DNA of 63,786 nt, filler included, from Gemmatimonadota bacterium (lineage in GTDB: Bacteria; 4572-55; J002), in NCBI GenBank assembly GCA_003697105.1. It is 8 parts of 8 records of this genome, joined end to end, with 100 filler letters (N's around TTAATTAATTAA, not from the genome) between each part and the next. Parts side by side here need not be neighbours in the genome. Positions count along the whole stretch, not along the records: positions 14,687 to 40,450 come from RFFQ01000128.1; positions 40,551 to 50,985 come from RFFQ01000129.1; 6 more parts are not named here. One strand, written 5' to 3'. Position 1 is the stretch's first letter. Every line of letters starts with the position of its first letter. Below, piece by piece: positions 31,363 through 42,130 of this stretch. A program made the translations under genes and the position numbers. Below the pieces are notes generated by a model, which saw only the letters and a list, made by a program, of their open reading frames with translations, had not been told where the DNA came from and did no database searches.

Positions 31363-32250
31363 ATGGCAAACTCAACGTTACCCAGCCTCAATTCGATGTG
31401 GGATTTTAGCGATCCGGCAGGGTCGGAAGCCCGGTTTCGGGAACAAATTCCCCACGCAATAGCCGCCGGAGATACGGCGTACCATATCAATTTATTGACT
31501 CAAATTGCCCGAACATACAGTTTGCGGTTTCAATTTAAGGCGGCGCATCAAATTTTGGATGAAGCGGAATCCATGCTAAGCGAGGAATGGGTCGAACCCC
31601 GCCTGCGCTATCTATTAGAACGGGGACGAACCTACAACACCGCCAAGGAAAGATCTAAGGCACTGGAAATGTTCCATGAGGCATTGAAGTTGGGCATGGA
31701 ACATCACCAAGAATATCTAGCCATCGATGCGGCACACATGATTGCCATTGCCGAGGAAGAACCGCAAGCACAAATCGAATGGAATTTGAAGGCGATAGCT
31801 CTGGCGGAACAAGCCACCGATCCCAAGGCACGAAGTTGGTTAGGCGCATTGCTCAATAACACCGGCTGGGCACTTTTTCGTGCCAGAAACTACGGAAAAG
31901 CGCTAGAACTATTTGAAAAAAGCGTGGATTACGAACGCAATGAGAATCACAGCCAATATGAGCGTATTCAACGTTGGTGCGTCGCTCGAACCTATCGTGC
32001 GATGGGCCGGATAGATGAGGCGTTGGCACTCCAACATCAATTGGAAGCTGAATACGATGCCGGCGGTCTGCAAGACCAAAATGGTTACGGTTTTGAAGAA
32101 CTGGGTGAGCTTTATCTGTTAAAAAATCAAACGGAAACTGCAAAAACCTACTTTAAACGGGCGTACCAATACCTTTCTCAGGACCTGTGGTTTGTAAACA
32201 ATGAGCCGGAACGGTACAACCGACTGAAAATGTGGGTGGAAGCCGAATAA
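31363..32250 (+). CDS. Tetratricopeptide-repeat protein
   Basis: TPR-like helices; WDFSDPAGSEARF, TQIARTYSL and IDAAHMIAI; GGAGG upstream of ATG 31363. Confidence 0.8.
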   Translation: MANSTLPSLNSMWDFSDPAGSEARFREQIPHAIAAGDTAYHINLLTQIARTYSLRFQFKAAHQILDEAESMLSEEWVEPRLRYLLERGRTYNTAKERSKALEMFHEALKLGMEHHQEYLAIDAAHMIAIAEEEPQAQIEWNLKAIALAEQATDPKARSWLGALLNNTGWALFRARNYGKALELFEKSVDYERNENHSQYERIQRWCVARTYRAMGRIDEALALQHQLEAEYDAGGLQDQNGYGFEELGELYLLKNQTETAKTYFKRAYQYLSQDLWFVNNEPERYNRLKMWVEAE

Positions 32251-32345
32251 AGGTCAGCGTACGGCATGCTTTCAAAAGCCCATCGCACGTGTTACAACCA
32301 AAACAAATAGGGTACCACTCTCACCTTTTCTTTTAGGAGGATTAT

Positions 32346-32825
32346 TTGATGTCCAATACAAATCCATCCCTTGGTGCGTTGCAAACAATCACACCGCACT
32401 TAATTTGCGCTGGCGCAAAAAACGCCATCGAGTTTTATCGACGCGCTTTTGGTGCCGAACTTCTTACCCAGATGGAGGGTCCGGATGGGCGGGTGCTGCA
32501 CTCTGCCTTGAAAATCGGTAATTCACAATTTTATGTGGTAGATGCTTATCCCGAATGGGGTTCAACAGACCCCCAAACCCTCGGAGGTTCTCCGGTGACG
32601 ATCCATTTGTATGTACCGGATGTGGACGCCGTCTTTCAACGGGCAGTCGATGCCGGTGCGAAGGTATTAATGGAGCTTCAAGATACGTTTTGGGGTGACC
32701 GGTACGGCAAACTGGCCGACCCCTTTGGGCATGAATGGTCGCTTGCCACACCGATTAAACAGATGAGCAAAGATGAAATTGAAGCTGCCGCCAAAAAGAT
32801 GTTTGGAGGGCAATCAAATGGCTAA
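32346..32825 (+). CDS. VOC family protein (PhnB-like)
   Basis: ITPHL, AIEFYRRAFGA and DTFWGDRYGKLADPFGHEW motifs. Confidence 0.9.
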   Translation: MMSNTNPSLGALQTITPHLICAGAKNAIEFYRRAFGAELLTQMEGPDGRVLHSALKIGNSQFYVVDAYPEWGSTDPQTLGGSPVTIHLYVPDVDAVFQRAVDAGAKVLMELQDTFWGDRYGKLADPFGHEWSLATPIKQMSKDEIEAAAKKMFGGQSNG

Positions 32826-33189
32826 ACGGGCAAAAATTGGTACTATTCTGTGGCGAGATTTAACCGTGCCGGATGCCGCGGCAATCAAAGACTTTTATTG
32901 TGATGTGGTGGGATGGAAGGCAGAAGTTCATGACGGGTGTGATGACTTCAATATCCTCACTCCGGCGGAGGGCGAATGTGTGGCGGGAATATGCTATGCC
33001 AAAGGAAACAATGCGAATCTTCCCCCACAATGGTTGATCTACATTACGGTGGAAAATGTGGCAGAAAGTGCCCAAAAATGCGTCGAACGCGGCGGTAAAC
33101 TGGTGGATGGTCCCCGGCAGATGGGCAATCACTACTTTTGTGTGATTCAAGACCCCGCCGGGGCGGTTGCGGCACTGATTGAAGGATAA
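32818..33189 (+). CDS. VOC family protein (glyoxalase/bleomycin resistance)
   Basis: WRDLTVPDA, FYCDVVGW, PQWLIYITV and IQDPAGA motifs. Confidence 0.88.
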   Translation: MAKRAKIGTILWRDLTVPDAAAIKDFYCDVVGWKAEVHDGCDDFNILTPAEGECVAGICYAKGNNANLPPQWLIYITVENVAESAQKCVERGGKLVDGPRQMGNHYFCVIQDPAGAVAALIEG

Positions 33190-33233
33190 TAGACCCGTGG
33201 TTTCCACTTCATGTTAGACAGGAGAGATGGTAC

Positions 33234-33638
33234 ATGTCCACGACACCAACCCAATCCCCCCACTTCCACATTGTTGGCGTGAATTACATCAGTATTTATG
33301 TCAAGGATTACGAGGCAGCACTTGCATTTTACAGCCATGTGCTCGGTAAACCTGCCTTTCAGGAAAAAACGACGCGCGGCTGGTCCTTGGGAAACACGTG
33401 GTTAACGCTGTTCCCTGCCAAAGCCGGTACAAATCCCACTGGTAACCCGCAAAATATGGAATTTGCCATTCAGGTGGCGACTCCAGATGAGGTGGATCGC
33501 TTACACCAAGCGTTTTTAGACGCCGGAGCCACCGATACCTGGACACCCGAGGATACTTGGATGTATGAAAACATGCGTTTTGGCGCAATTGATGACCCCT
33601 TTGGAGTGCGTATCGACATTTATTGCCCATTAAAATAG
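33234..33638 (+). CDS. VOC family protein
   Basis: VKDYEAALAFYSHVLG and DDPFGVRID motifs. Confidence 0.85.
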   Translation: MSTTPTQSPHFHIVGVNYISIYVKDYEAALAFYSHVLGKPAFQEKTTRGWSLGNTWLTLFPAKAGTNPTGNPQNMEFAIQVATPDEVDRLHQAFLDAGATDTWTPEDTWMYENMRFGAIDDPFGVRIDIYCPLK

Positions 33639-33684
33639 AAACCACATCGGTCCCCATTGAACATTATCACAGGAGCATTCAAAA

Positions 33685-34215
33685 ATGATGAAAGACCATA
33701 TTTTAGCCGCAATTGAACACGAGATTCGGGTGTGCAAACATTTGTACACTAAATTTTCGGCGGAGCATTGGGATTACCGACCCATGGAGGGTATGCGTAG
33801 CACGCTGGAATTACTACGCTACCTTGCCGGATGTTCGATTTCCATGGTCCACGCGCTCACCCAAGGGTACAAAGATGAAACCGGAGAGTATGTTTTCCGT
33901 CATTATACCTATTTGGAAGAGATGCCCGCCGATCAGTTTATAGCAGAAATGGACAAACAATGGGCAGGAATCCAGCAGTTTTTTGCCACGCTTACCGATT
34001 CGGATTTGACCACTAAGCAGGTCAAAATCCCGTGGGAAAAAGAGCCTGTACCGTTGGGGCAGGGGTTGATCGATTGCGGGGTGAAGTTTTTAACGGCTTA
34101 CCGGATGCAATTATTTTTGTATGCCAAACTGGCGGTGGACCCGGAACTCAATACCGCCAATTGCTGGGCAGGGATTGATTGGAAACGAGATGCTGAAAAA
34201 ACGGAAACGTCGTAA
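33685..34215 (+). CDS. DinB/YfiT-like four-helix bundle protein
   Basis: WDYRPMEGMRSTLELLRYL and YRMQLFLY patterns; canonical metal-binding His positions appear replaced by Tyr. Confidence 0.7.
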   Translation: MMKDHILAAIEHEIRVCKHLYTKFSAEHWDYRPMEGMRSTLELLRYLAGCSISMVHALTQGYKDETGEYVFRHYTYLEEMPADQFIAEMDKQWAGIQQFFATLTDSDLTTKQVKIPWEKEPVPLGQGLIDCGVKFLTAYRMQLFLYAKLAVDPELNTANCWAGIDWKRDAEKTETS

Positions 34216-34342
34216 AAAGAGATCACCGGTACATAGAGCGAAGTCTGCCCTTCCGGTAGGCTTCGTTATGGACGGGTGCGGCGATAACCCTCATCCCCAA
34301 ACATGATGTTCTCAGCGGCACATCTTCTTCGATCCCGCTGAG

Positions 34343-35725
34343 TCACACCTGAAGTTTATTTTTCCACCGTCCCCGAGCAAACCAGATTGCCGACGTTATA
34401 CCTCGAAATACTGCCGACAGTGAAATTACCCACCACACAGCATCAACCCCGAACTCTAGCACAATGCTGAGTACATACGCAAACGGGGCACGGCTAATCG
34501 CAAACGTACTGGAAATAATCATCGGTGGCACGGTATCTCCAGCACCCGAAAAGGCGCCATCGATAACAATACCTAAGCCCATAAACATCTGGGCAAAACT
34601 GGCGATACGGATGTACCGGCTTGCAATTTCAATTACTTGTGGATCAGATGAAAAGATACGGGCAATCCATTCTGGGAAGATCAAATATACCAACGTGGTA
34701 AGCATCATCAGCCATACAGTGATTTTCGCCGACATCCACGCTCCCGCTTCCGCCCGCGCCAATTGATTTGCTCCCAAATTTTGCCCGACAATAGTGGACG
34801 CGGCTGTGGCAAATCCCACCGATACCAAATACGAAAGCGACTCAACGGTGATTCCAATGGTTAACGCCGCTAAGGCGTAGGTAGCATCCAGCATATTGAT
34901 GATTTTCGTGATCACGATATAGATCATCAAAAAGCAAAGTCCGGCAACGCTAGGAGGCAACCCTATTTTGACAATCCGATGCAGGGTCCTGAAGTTGAGT
35001 TGCACTTGTTTTTCAAAGGGCACTCTGAGCCGAAGGCGCGTTCCGGTGAGCAAGACAAAAAAGATAGTCACACCGGTCAACTGAGCAAAAACACTGGCTA
35101 ATGCGGCACCGGTCACGCCCAGAGCGGGGATTGGACCCCATCCAAAGATCAGTATCGGGTCCAGGACAAGGTTAATGACCGTGACCAGAAACATCACTTT
35201 CATCGGGGTTTTCGTATCCCCACTACCCCGTAAAATTCCATCTTGCACGGGTAGCAGAAACATCAAAAGGCTACTCGCCAGAAAAATCTGCATATAATCA
35301 TAGCTTAAAATTGCCACTGCCGGGGTTAAATCCATCAGTTGAAATAGGGGTACCAGACCGTTAATCCCGAACACCGTGACGATTGCCGAGCCGAAACAGC
35401 CAAAAGTTAGGGCTTGTTGGGCAACATGTACCGCGCGGGGTAGGTCACGCATGCCCACAAAGCGCGCCACTAAGGAAACGGTTCCCACCTGCAAAATGCC
35501 ACTCAAGGCATAGAGAATCCAAAGCAAAAACATGGCGGCACCCAGTGCCGCCATGGCATCCGCGCCGAGGCGGCCGATCCAGAGGCGATCCACAATAGTT
35601 AAGGTCGTTGCCAGCAATTGGGAGGTAATAGCCGGTGCGGCGAGGTGAAATACCGCCCGTGCCATACTGCCTTCCAAAATATAATCGGCTTTAGTAGTTC
35701 TTTTAGCCATAGGCATCAAAATCAT
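34343..35725 (-). CDS. MATE family efflux transporter
   Basis: About 12 TM; LRGSGDTKTPM, NLVLDPILIFG and VGQNLGA motifs. Confidence 0.92.
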   Translation of the reverse strand: MILMPMAKRTTKADYILEGSMARAVFHLAAPAITSQLLATTLTIVDRLWIGRLGADAMAALGAAMFLLWILYALSGILQVGTVSLVARFVGMRDLPRAVHVAQQALTFGCFGSAIVTVFGINGLVPLFQLMDLTPAVAILSYDYMQIFLASSLLMFLLPVQDGILRGSGDTKTPMKVMFLVTVINLVLDPILIFGWGPIPALGVTGAALASVFAQLTGVTIFFVLLTGTRLRLRVPFEKQVQLNFRTLHRIVKIGLPPSVAGLCFLMIYIVITKIINMLDATYALAALTIGITVESLSYLVSVGFATAASTIVGQNLGANQLARAEAGAWMSAKITVWLMMLTTLVYLIFPEWIARIFSSDPQVIEIASRYIRIASFAQMFMGLGIVIDGAFSGAGDTVPPMIISSTFAISRAPFAYVLSIVLEFGVDAVWWVISLSAVFRGITSAIWFARGRWKNKLQV

Positions 35726-35740
35726 TCGCCATTCTAAACC

Positions 35741-35779
35741 AAAAAAGAAGGCGGCAGGCTTTTATAACCTGCCGCCTTT
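35741..35779 (-). terminator. Intrinsic terminator
   Basis: AAGGCGGCAGG...CCTGCCGCCTT hairpin with an A-run (U-tail on the minus strand). Confidence 0.8.
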
Positions 35780-35827
35780 GCGATCTATAACATGCTGAAA
35801 ACACGCATGCTTAGATGGTGATCGGGA

Positions 35828-38800
35828 TTACTTCAATAAAATCATCGATTGGGTAGCACTAAAGTCCTCACTGTGGAGTTGGTAGAAGTAAACTCCGGAA
35901 CTTACAGCTTCACCCTTCGCATTGGTGCCATCCCATTCCACCGAATAAGTTCCGGCTTCTAAGGTCTCACTAACCAACGCATTCACCAAACGACCACTGA
36001 CATCGTAAATGCGCAACTCCACATTTGCCGTTGCGGGAATATCGAAGCGGATGGTGGTCTTCGGGTTAAACGGATTGGGATAGTTGGCATATAGCTCGTA
36101 GTTTGCCGGTACCGCAATCTGCGCCTTCGCCGAACCTTTAGATTCGAAGATTTGAATATTTTCAAACGCATTCAAGTTCGTATCGAGGGCAATAACGTTG
36201 TCAACCTGAATGTTCCATTCACCGGCGGCTTTTACTTCAAATGTCAAGGTTGCCAATGTACCGCTACCCATGACACCGGTGCCATCCAGAGACGCCACAT
36301 CCACCACAACCTGACCGCTGGTGTGTTGCATCATGGCATCTGGGAAGATGGCGTTGATGCCGTTCGCGGCAAATAGGTCACCGGCAGCGACGCTCTTCAA
36401 TTCCAGAACATCAGCGGTGTATCCCACGGTAATGCTACCGGCAAACAGGTCAACTACATTTTGCGCCGTCAAGGCAACATCAAAGGTCTCACCGACATGC
36501 ACCGTTTCCGCACCCACCACTGGGGTAAAAGCGGTAACACCGCTGGTGATGGTCTGAGATGCGGCTTTTTGATCCCGGGCAGACACAAAAAGCCCTTCCA
36601 GTTGATCCAGCTCACTGGCTATCCGGGCACTGGCGCACTGACCTTGACCGTAATAAACCGCGAAACGCGCTAAGTCAGCGAAGTTCACGGCATCATCATG
36701 TCCGATCTGGTCAAAAATACCATCCAGCGCCACATCCACCGCAGGATTCCAGTGGACATCGCCGTTAGCAGAGCCATACGCATATAACAACACTAACAGG
36801 TCAAAGGCTTCGACACAGGTATCCCCGTTGAAATCGGCAATGGGCCAGATGTCATTTAAGGTGAGACCCGACAGATTACCTAGCAATGCCAGAATTTGCG
36901 GGGAAAGTGTCGGTAAGACATTGATCCGCAACGAGGTGGAGAGAGGTTGACCAATGTTGCTTCCCACAAATTGGAGGGTAGTGCTCAAGGTAATCCCTCC
37001 CGCATCTGGCAAGCGACTATCGGACAGGTCGTAAGAAACCGTTACTTCGGCACAACTGCTAGAAGCCATGTTGATCGAGACCGACGCAAAATCCGTCAGA
37101 ATCTGCTGATCATTGGGTGTGGCATAGTAGGACACATCCACGATGGCGTCTGCCGCGGCAAAACCGACCAAATCTCCACCACTGGCAGTGCAAATCTGGA
37201 AGGTGTAACTTGCGGTCGCATCATCATTTTGGTTTGTGGTTTCATACCGTGTTTCGATCTGCGGATCGGCATAGTTGACCGTCACATCAAACGTATGGCT
37301 ATCACTGCCACCGTTTCCATCCGAGACGCTCACCGTAACTTGACCCGAACCCAACGTTGTGGGGTCAAAGTGGAGTGTATTTCCACCAACAATCGTGGCA
37401 AAACCAGAGCCAAAACCGGTAATGTCATCAACCGTATAGGTTGGCGTATCATTATCGGCATCGGTCGAGGTCAGCGCGATGTCGTACGGTGTAGAGAGCG
37501 TCAACGTCAACTGGGCATCCAAGGCGCCAAGTACCGGAGCATCATTCACATTTTCAACCGTTACTTGCATGTCATCGCTCACAGAAAGCCCGCCTTCGTC
37601 GGTTGCGGTAATCGTGACATTGGCAACCCCATTCCAATCGGCAGCGGGTGTAAATGACAAGACACCATCCGTTGTGATATTCACCGTCAATTCACCCACG
37701 CGTAGGGTCTGTTGTGCTTTGACATCGGTCAGAGCTTTGGTTACAGACGATACCGACCGCGAACCATCTTCCCGTAAGGTTACAACGGTGTAACTGGAAG
37801 ACCACGTTAAGTTGGCATCTGCGGTTTCAATGTCGCTCACATACGATTTCAAATCGATTACTGGGGATGGCGTCGGCGAGCCATCTTCGCTAAATGTCAC
37901 ATCCGGTAGTGCCGTATCGAAGACTGGTTGGTCGTTCACCGGATTCACCGTGACGGTCACAGTGGTTGTATCCGCCCCGCCTAACTGGTCAATCGCAATA
38001 AACTTGACCTGTTTATTACCATACCAATTTGCGGCGGCGTTAAAGGTAGCCACCCCGGAGGCAATCGATACGGTCAGGTCTGTACCGCCACCAATCACTT
38101 CCGAAAGATAAATCAATTGGTTAGCGGGTGTCAGATCGTCGGTCACTTGTTGGGTTAAGTCAACCGTAGGCGCCGGTGTCTCATCTTCATTGAAATTGAC
38201 CGCTGTAAATGTCGCACTCCATTGGGGAGGGTTGTTGCTCGGGTCTGGAATAATTACGGTGATGGTCAAATCATCCGTCAGCGGCTCTGGGTCCTCAACC
38301 TGTAATGTCACCGGATATGTCCCGTAGCTTACGCCGATATGGGAAAATCGAAATGTTGTCCCATTATCCGTCACATTGATACTATCATTGGGCACCAAAA
38401 CAGTCCAGGAAAGCTCCGCATCGGTATTATCCACATCTTCAGCTAAATCTGCCAAGGTGACATCTGCGAAACCCTGATAGGGTACAATCAGGACATAGCT
38501 ATCCAAAGCGACTGGAGCATCGTTGACCGGATTGACTGTTACCGTAAACGCATCATTTTCAGAGCCATTATCGGCATCCGTGACCGTAACCGTCACGGTT
38601 GCCGTGCCATACCAATCTTGCTCGGTCGTAAACGTTAACGAACCGGTGGCACTGACCGAAGGCACCAATTCCGTCATATTGGAACTCACTTGCCACGTCA
38701 GTTGATCATCAGCGGTTTCCACATCGGAGACATATTGACGCAAATCAATTGCGGCAGGAGTGGTATCTTCATCAAAGCTCTGATCCGGAACCGGCGTATC

Positions 38801-40450
38801 AAAGACCGGAATATCATTCACAGACTCCACCGTAACTTGAATTTGGTCAGATGCCGAAGAATGACGTGTATCGGTTGCCGTAAAAATAACTTGCTTGGTA
38901 CCAAACCAATTGGAAGCTACAGAAAACGAAGCCATCCCGGTACCATCCACCGAAACGGTTAAATCGGTACCGCCACCAACAACTTCCGCGTCCCAACTCA
39001 CAATCGCATCACCTTCACTACTGTTTGGGTCGCTGGCATACGTTGCCAAGTTGATAGTTGGCGCAGGTGTTGGCGAGCCATCTTCACTAAAGGTTTGATC
39101 GGGCACTGGTGTCCACACCGGCGGGTCGTTCCGAAAATCATCCGCACCGATACTTGGCGGGTCAGGACGCTCCGTACCTTCTTGGTCTGTCGTAATTCCT
39201 GAAATCGCGACTCCTGCACTCACCGCCGGAGAGGAAACAGAGGTCAATTTAAGGTTAGTGGTACTGGTAAATCCGGGGTCACCACTGATACTATTGGCAT
39301 CGGCACCGGTTATACCCCGGCTGGCTAAGGCTGCTTGCCAATCGCTTAGCAAGGTTAAATTTTGTTCCGGTTGTCCGCTTGGCTTTCCATAACCCACATG
39401 ACCCATACCGTTGTTGTTGCTGACATAGAGGTCATTATAGTTAATGTCAGCAAACTGGGTCATGGTACCGCCATTTGCCACCTGAATGGCGTAGTGCGAT
39501 CCGCCAGCATCAGACTCCCGCATATTCACAAAAATATTGTTTTTTACAATCAAAGAGGGCGTGCCATTCGCCGAGGAAGTAAAAAACGCAGTTGTCGATT
39601 GGCTATTACTTTGGGTGCCCGTCAAATAAACACTGTTAAAATAGAAACTGGAGTTGGTGCCATTATTTTCCAAGAAAATTCCGCGAACATTGCCCGTACC
39701 GGTCACATTGAGGTCGGAAATCATATTGTTCACGTAGGAGTTATTTTGGCTATTTGCCAGCCATAAGCCGTACACATTGCTGTTGGTTGTAGCGGAAAGG
39801 GTGTAAATACGGTTTGCCGAAACTTCGGCATTCTGCACTCCCGCCGTGAACCGAATACCGCTGGTCGTAAAGTTACCATTGCTGGCATTACGGATGGTAT
39901 TCCCTCTAAGAACCAGCGACTGCTCATAAGCGGCACGAATACCGGCAGCACCAAAGTTTTCAATGGTATTTCCTTCAACCGTGTTGCTCATATTCGGGTT
40001 TGAGGAATCCCCTTCCAGATAGACACCGCGGGAATTGGAAGCGGCTCCAGTGGACAAGGTACAATTCTTAACCGCATTGTATGTTGCGGCGTTAGAAGCA
40101 CTTCCCAAAATATGCACGGCGTGTTGTCCGGTGACCGCAATGGTCAAACCGTCAAGGGTCACATAATCCGAACCATTGAGCTGAAAACCATAATCACCGG
40201 TAATATTGAACGTCGGATTAATATTGGTTGCCGCCCGAATCGTTACCGTATTAAGGGCACTCGTCCCATTCACAACCCCGATCATCATCGGGCTGGTATC
40301 GGATGGATAGGAATTATCGGTGAGTTCCATAGTTACGGCACCACTGACACCCCGATCATTCAGAGCTGCAACTGCCGCCGACATCGTGGAGAAGTCACCG
40401 CCATTCCCGACCGTATAATTACCGGACAACGGTCCGGGTGCGGTAGAAAA
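35828..40450 (-). CDS. Large surface protein (5' truncated): beta-helix, tandem cadherin-like/tandem-95 repeats, dockerin-like, cohesin-like and FlgD-Ig/T9SS C-terminal domains
   Basis: Repeated TVTVNPVNDAP units; ADFNGDTCVEAFDL; GETFDVALTAQNVVDLFAGSITVGY; NYPNPFNP...WDGTNAKGEAVSSGVYFY. Confidence 0.88.
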   Translation of the reverse strand, partial: FSTAPGPLSGNYTVGNGGDFSTMSAAVAALNDRGVSGAVTMELTDNSYPSDTSPMMIGVVNGTSALNTVTIRAATNINPTFNITGDYGFQLNGSDYVTLDGLTIAVTGQHAVHILGSASNAATYNAVKNCTLSTGAASNSRGVYLEGDSSNPNMSNTVEGNTIENFGAAGIRAAYEQSLVLRGNTIRNASNGNFTTSGIRFTAGVQNAEVSANRIYTLSATTNSNVYGLWLANSQNNSYVNNMISDLNVTGTGNVRGIFLENNGTNSSFYFNSVYLTGTQSNSQSTTAFFTSSANGTPSLIVKNNIFVNMRESDAGGSHYAIQVANGGTMTQFADINYNDLYVSNNNGMGHVGYGKPSGQPEQNLTLLSDWQAALASRGITGADANSISGDPGFTSTTNLKLTSVSSPAVSAGVAISGITTDQEGTERPDPPSIGADDFRNDPPVWTPVPDQTFSEDGSPTPAPTINLATYASDPNSSEGDAIVSWDAEVVGGGTDLTVSVDGTGMASFSVASNWFGTKQVIFTATDTRHSSASDQIQVTVESVNDIPVFDTPVPDQSFDEDTTPAAIDLRQYVSDVETADDQLTWQVSSNMTELVPSVSATGSLTFTTEQDWYGTATVTVTVTDADNGSENDAFTVTVNPVNDAPVALDSYVLIVPYQGFADVTLADLAEDVDNTDAELSWTVLVPNDSINVTDNGTTFRFSHIGVSYGTYPVTLQVEDPEPLTDDLTITVIIPDPSNNPPQWSATFTAVNFNEDETPAPTVDLTQQVTDDLTPANQLIYLSEVIGGGTDLTVSIASGVATFNAAANWYGNKQVKFIAIDQLGGADTTTVTVTVNPVNDQPVFDTALPDVTFSEDGSPTPSPVIDLKSYVSDIETADANLTWSSSYTVVTLREDGSRSVSSVTKALTDVKAQQTLRVGELTVNITTDGVLSFTPAADWNGVANVTITATDEGGLSVSDDMQVTVENVNDAPVLGALDAQLTLTLSTPYDIALTSTDADNDTPTYTVDDITGFGSGFATIVGGNTLHFDPTTLGSGQVTVSVSDGNGGSDSHTFDVTVNYADPQIETRYETTNQNDDATASYTFQICTASGGDLVGFAAADAIVDVSYYATPNDQQILTDFASVSINMASSSCAEVTVSYDLSDSRLPDAGGITLSTTLQFVGSNIGQPLSTSLRINVLPTLSPQILALLGNLSGLTLNDIWPIADFNGDTCVEAFDLLVLLYAYGSANGDVHWNPAVDVALDGIFDQIGHDDAVNFADLARFAVYYGQGQCASARIASELDQLEGLFVSARDQKAASQTITSGVTAFTPVVGAETVHVGETFDVALTAQNVVDLFAGSITVGYTADVLELKSVAAGDLFAANGINAIFPDAMMQHTSGQVVVDVASLDGTGVMGSGTLATLTFEVKAAGEWNIQVDNVIALDTNLNAFENIQIFESKGSAKAQIAVPANYELYANYPNPFNPKTTIRFDIPATANVELRIYDVSGRLVNALVSETLEAGTYSVEWDGTNAKGEAVSSGVYFYQLHSEDFSATQSMILLK

Positions 40451-40550
40451 NNNNNNNNNNNNNNNNNNNNNNNNNNNNNNNNNNNNNNNNNNNNTTAATT
40501 AATTAANNNNNNNNNNNNNNNNNNNNNNNNNNNNNNNNNNNNNNNNNNNN
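40451..40550. other. Artificial contig linker
   Basis: N44-TTAATTAATTAA-N44. Confidence 0.99.
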
Positions 40551-41125
40551 CCAGTGGTCACAATTTCGATCTCCAGAGCGGTTTGAATTTTGACATCCCG
40601 GGTCACCGGATTGACCTGAACGGGGTAGATCAGCACCGGCACAAAGCGCACATCCCGCAAAATTTGCGGGTCGCCCACTTGAACTGTTTCCGCCGGAAAA
40701 AACGTATTTTGTTGATAATATTGTTCGTTTTCCGGGTAAATACCGGGTGTGGGGGAGTGCGGCAACACCTGAACATCTGGTAACACGATTTCCCCCTCCG
40801 AACGGACGTGTACCCGGGCATCACTTGTGGGAGGGATGGCTATCCAAACGGAGATTAAGGGCACTTCGGGAGCACCTTCGATTGTAGAAAATGTAGCCTC
40901 CGGCAACCGGAATCGGGTGTATTCGGTGCCATTTGCCGCTACGGTTTCCTGCTCAATGCCAGTCAATTCAACGGTGAATGTCGTGCCCTCCGGATCGGCA
41001 TGCTGTACCTCAATATGGGCAGGCGTGGGATCCGGGGTCGTCATCTCTAACCACGCGGAAAAACCGGATGTCCAACATCCTAGGGTAATCCCAAGAATCA
41101 CCAAAAGTGTCGATACATTCGACAT
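40551..41125 (-). CDS. Secreted protein with peptidase C25 (gingipain) propeptide-like domain, 3' truncated
   Basis: Signal peptide; GAPEVPLISVWIAIP and PQILRDVRFVPVLIYPVQVNP; RBS AGGAGG. Confidence 0.75.
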
Positions 41126-41353
41126 AGAAAGTCCTCCTAAGGAATTAAAAAATAGATATAGAAATAGTGTGGGAATTAAAATTGGAAGTTCCGACGAGGG
41201 GGATTTTGAGTTGGCTGTATATCTAAGGGTCTCGGGAAAAACTGTCAAGAAAAAATTGATATTTCCCCATCGAATTTCAGCATGAGGCGGATCAAATTTA
41301 CTTTTATTGCCAACATGTTACAGAATCCGGTGCGGGTCGCTCTCATTGAGGAA

Positions 41354-42130
41354 CTACTGGATCAAACGCCGGCGAAGCCGGTAGATCGCCAAATACCCAA
41401 AAATGAGCGTGATTAGCACACAATAAACGGCATCGAGAAGAAGAGAGGGCTCAAAGTAAGGGATACAAACCATCCGTACCAACCGGACAGAATGAGTTAA
41501 AGGGAAAATCTCGGCGACAGGCTGAAGAATGCCCGGCAAATCCTGAATTGGGAAGACCACCCCAGAGAAGAAAAACATAGGGGATAAAAATCCCGTCATA
41601 AAGAAATTAAAATGATTGATATTTTTGACATAAGATGTCACAAACAATGAGATCGCGGCAAACATTAATCCCGTAATTAAGCCGATCAGGGGGGTCAGTA
41701 GGCTCAGAGAAATCGGAATAATCCCGAAACTGTAAATGATAACCAACACACAAAACGAGAAGAAAAATCCCTTGCTACCCGCCCAGAGTATCTCCCCCAC
41801 CAATAGGTCGGTGGCGGTAATGGGAGCCGCCAGCATTCCATCATACACTTTATCAAATTCCAGTCGGATAAACGTGCTGTAGGTACACTCAAACGCGGCG
41901 GTGTACATGGCAGATGTCACCAGCAAGCCGGTCGCTAAAAACTGGATGTACGGCATCCCGGCCATTTCATCGATGTATTTACCCAGACCCAGCCCGATCC
42001 CGGCTAGGAAAATCAGCGGCTCCAAAAAGGGGGGCAACCCATTACTGACCAAATCCCGGGTGTAAACCAGCATGTGACGATACCAAACGCTGTAAATCCG
42101 TGCCAAATAGGGCGGTTTATTGTTGTTCAT
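41354..42130 (-). CDS. ABC-2 exporter permease (NodJ-like)
   Basis: EPLIFL, PMFFFSGVVFP and PLTHSV motifs; about 6 TM. Confidence 0.88.
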   Translation of the reverse strand: MNNNKPPYLARIYSVWYRHMLVYTRDLVSNGLPPFLEPLIFLAGIGLGLGKYIDEMAGMPYIQFLATGLLVTSAMYTAAFECTYSTFIRLEFDKVYDGMLAAPITATDLLVGEILWAGSKGFFFSFCVLVIIYSFGIIPISLSLLTPLIGLITGLMFAAISLFVTSYVKNINHFNFFMTGFLSPMFFFSGVVFPIQDLPGILQPVAEIFPLTHSVRLVRMVCIPYFEPSLLLDAVYCVLITLIFGYLAIYRLRRRLIQ

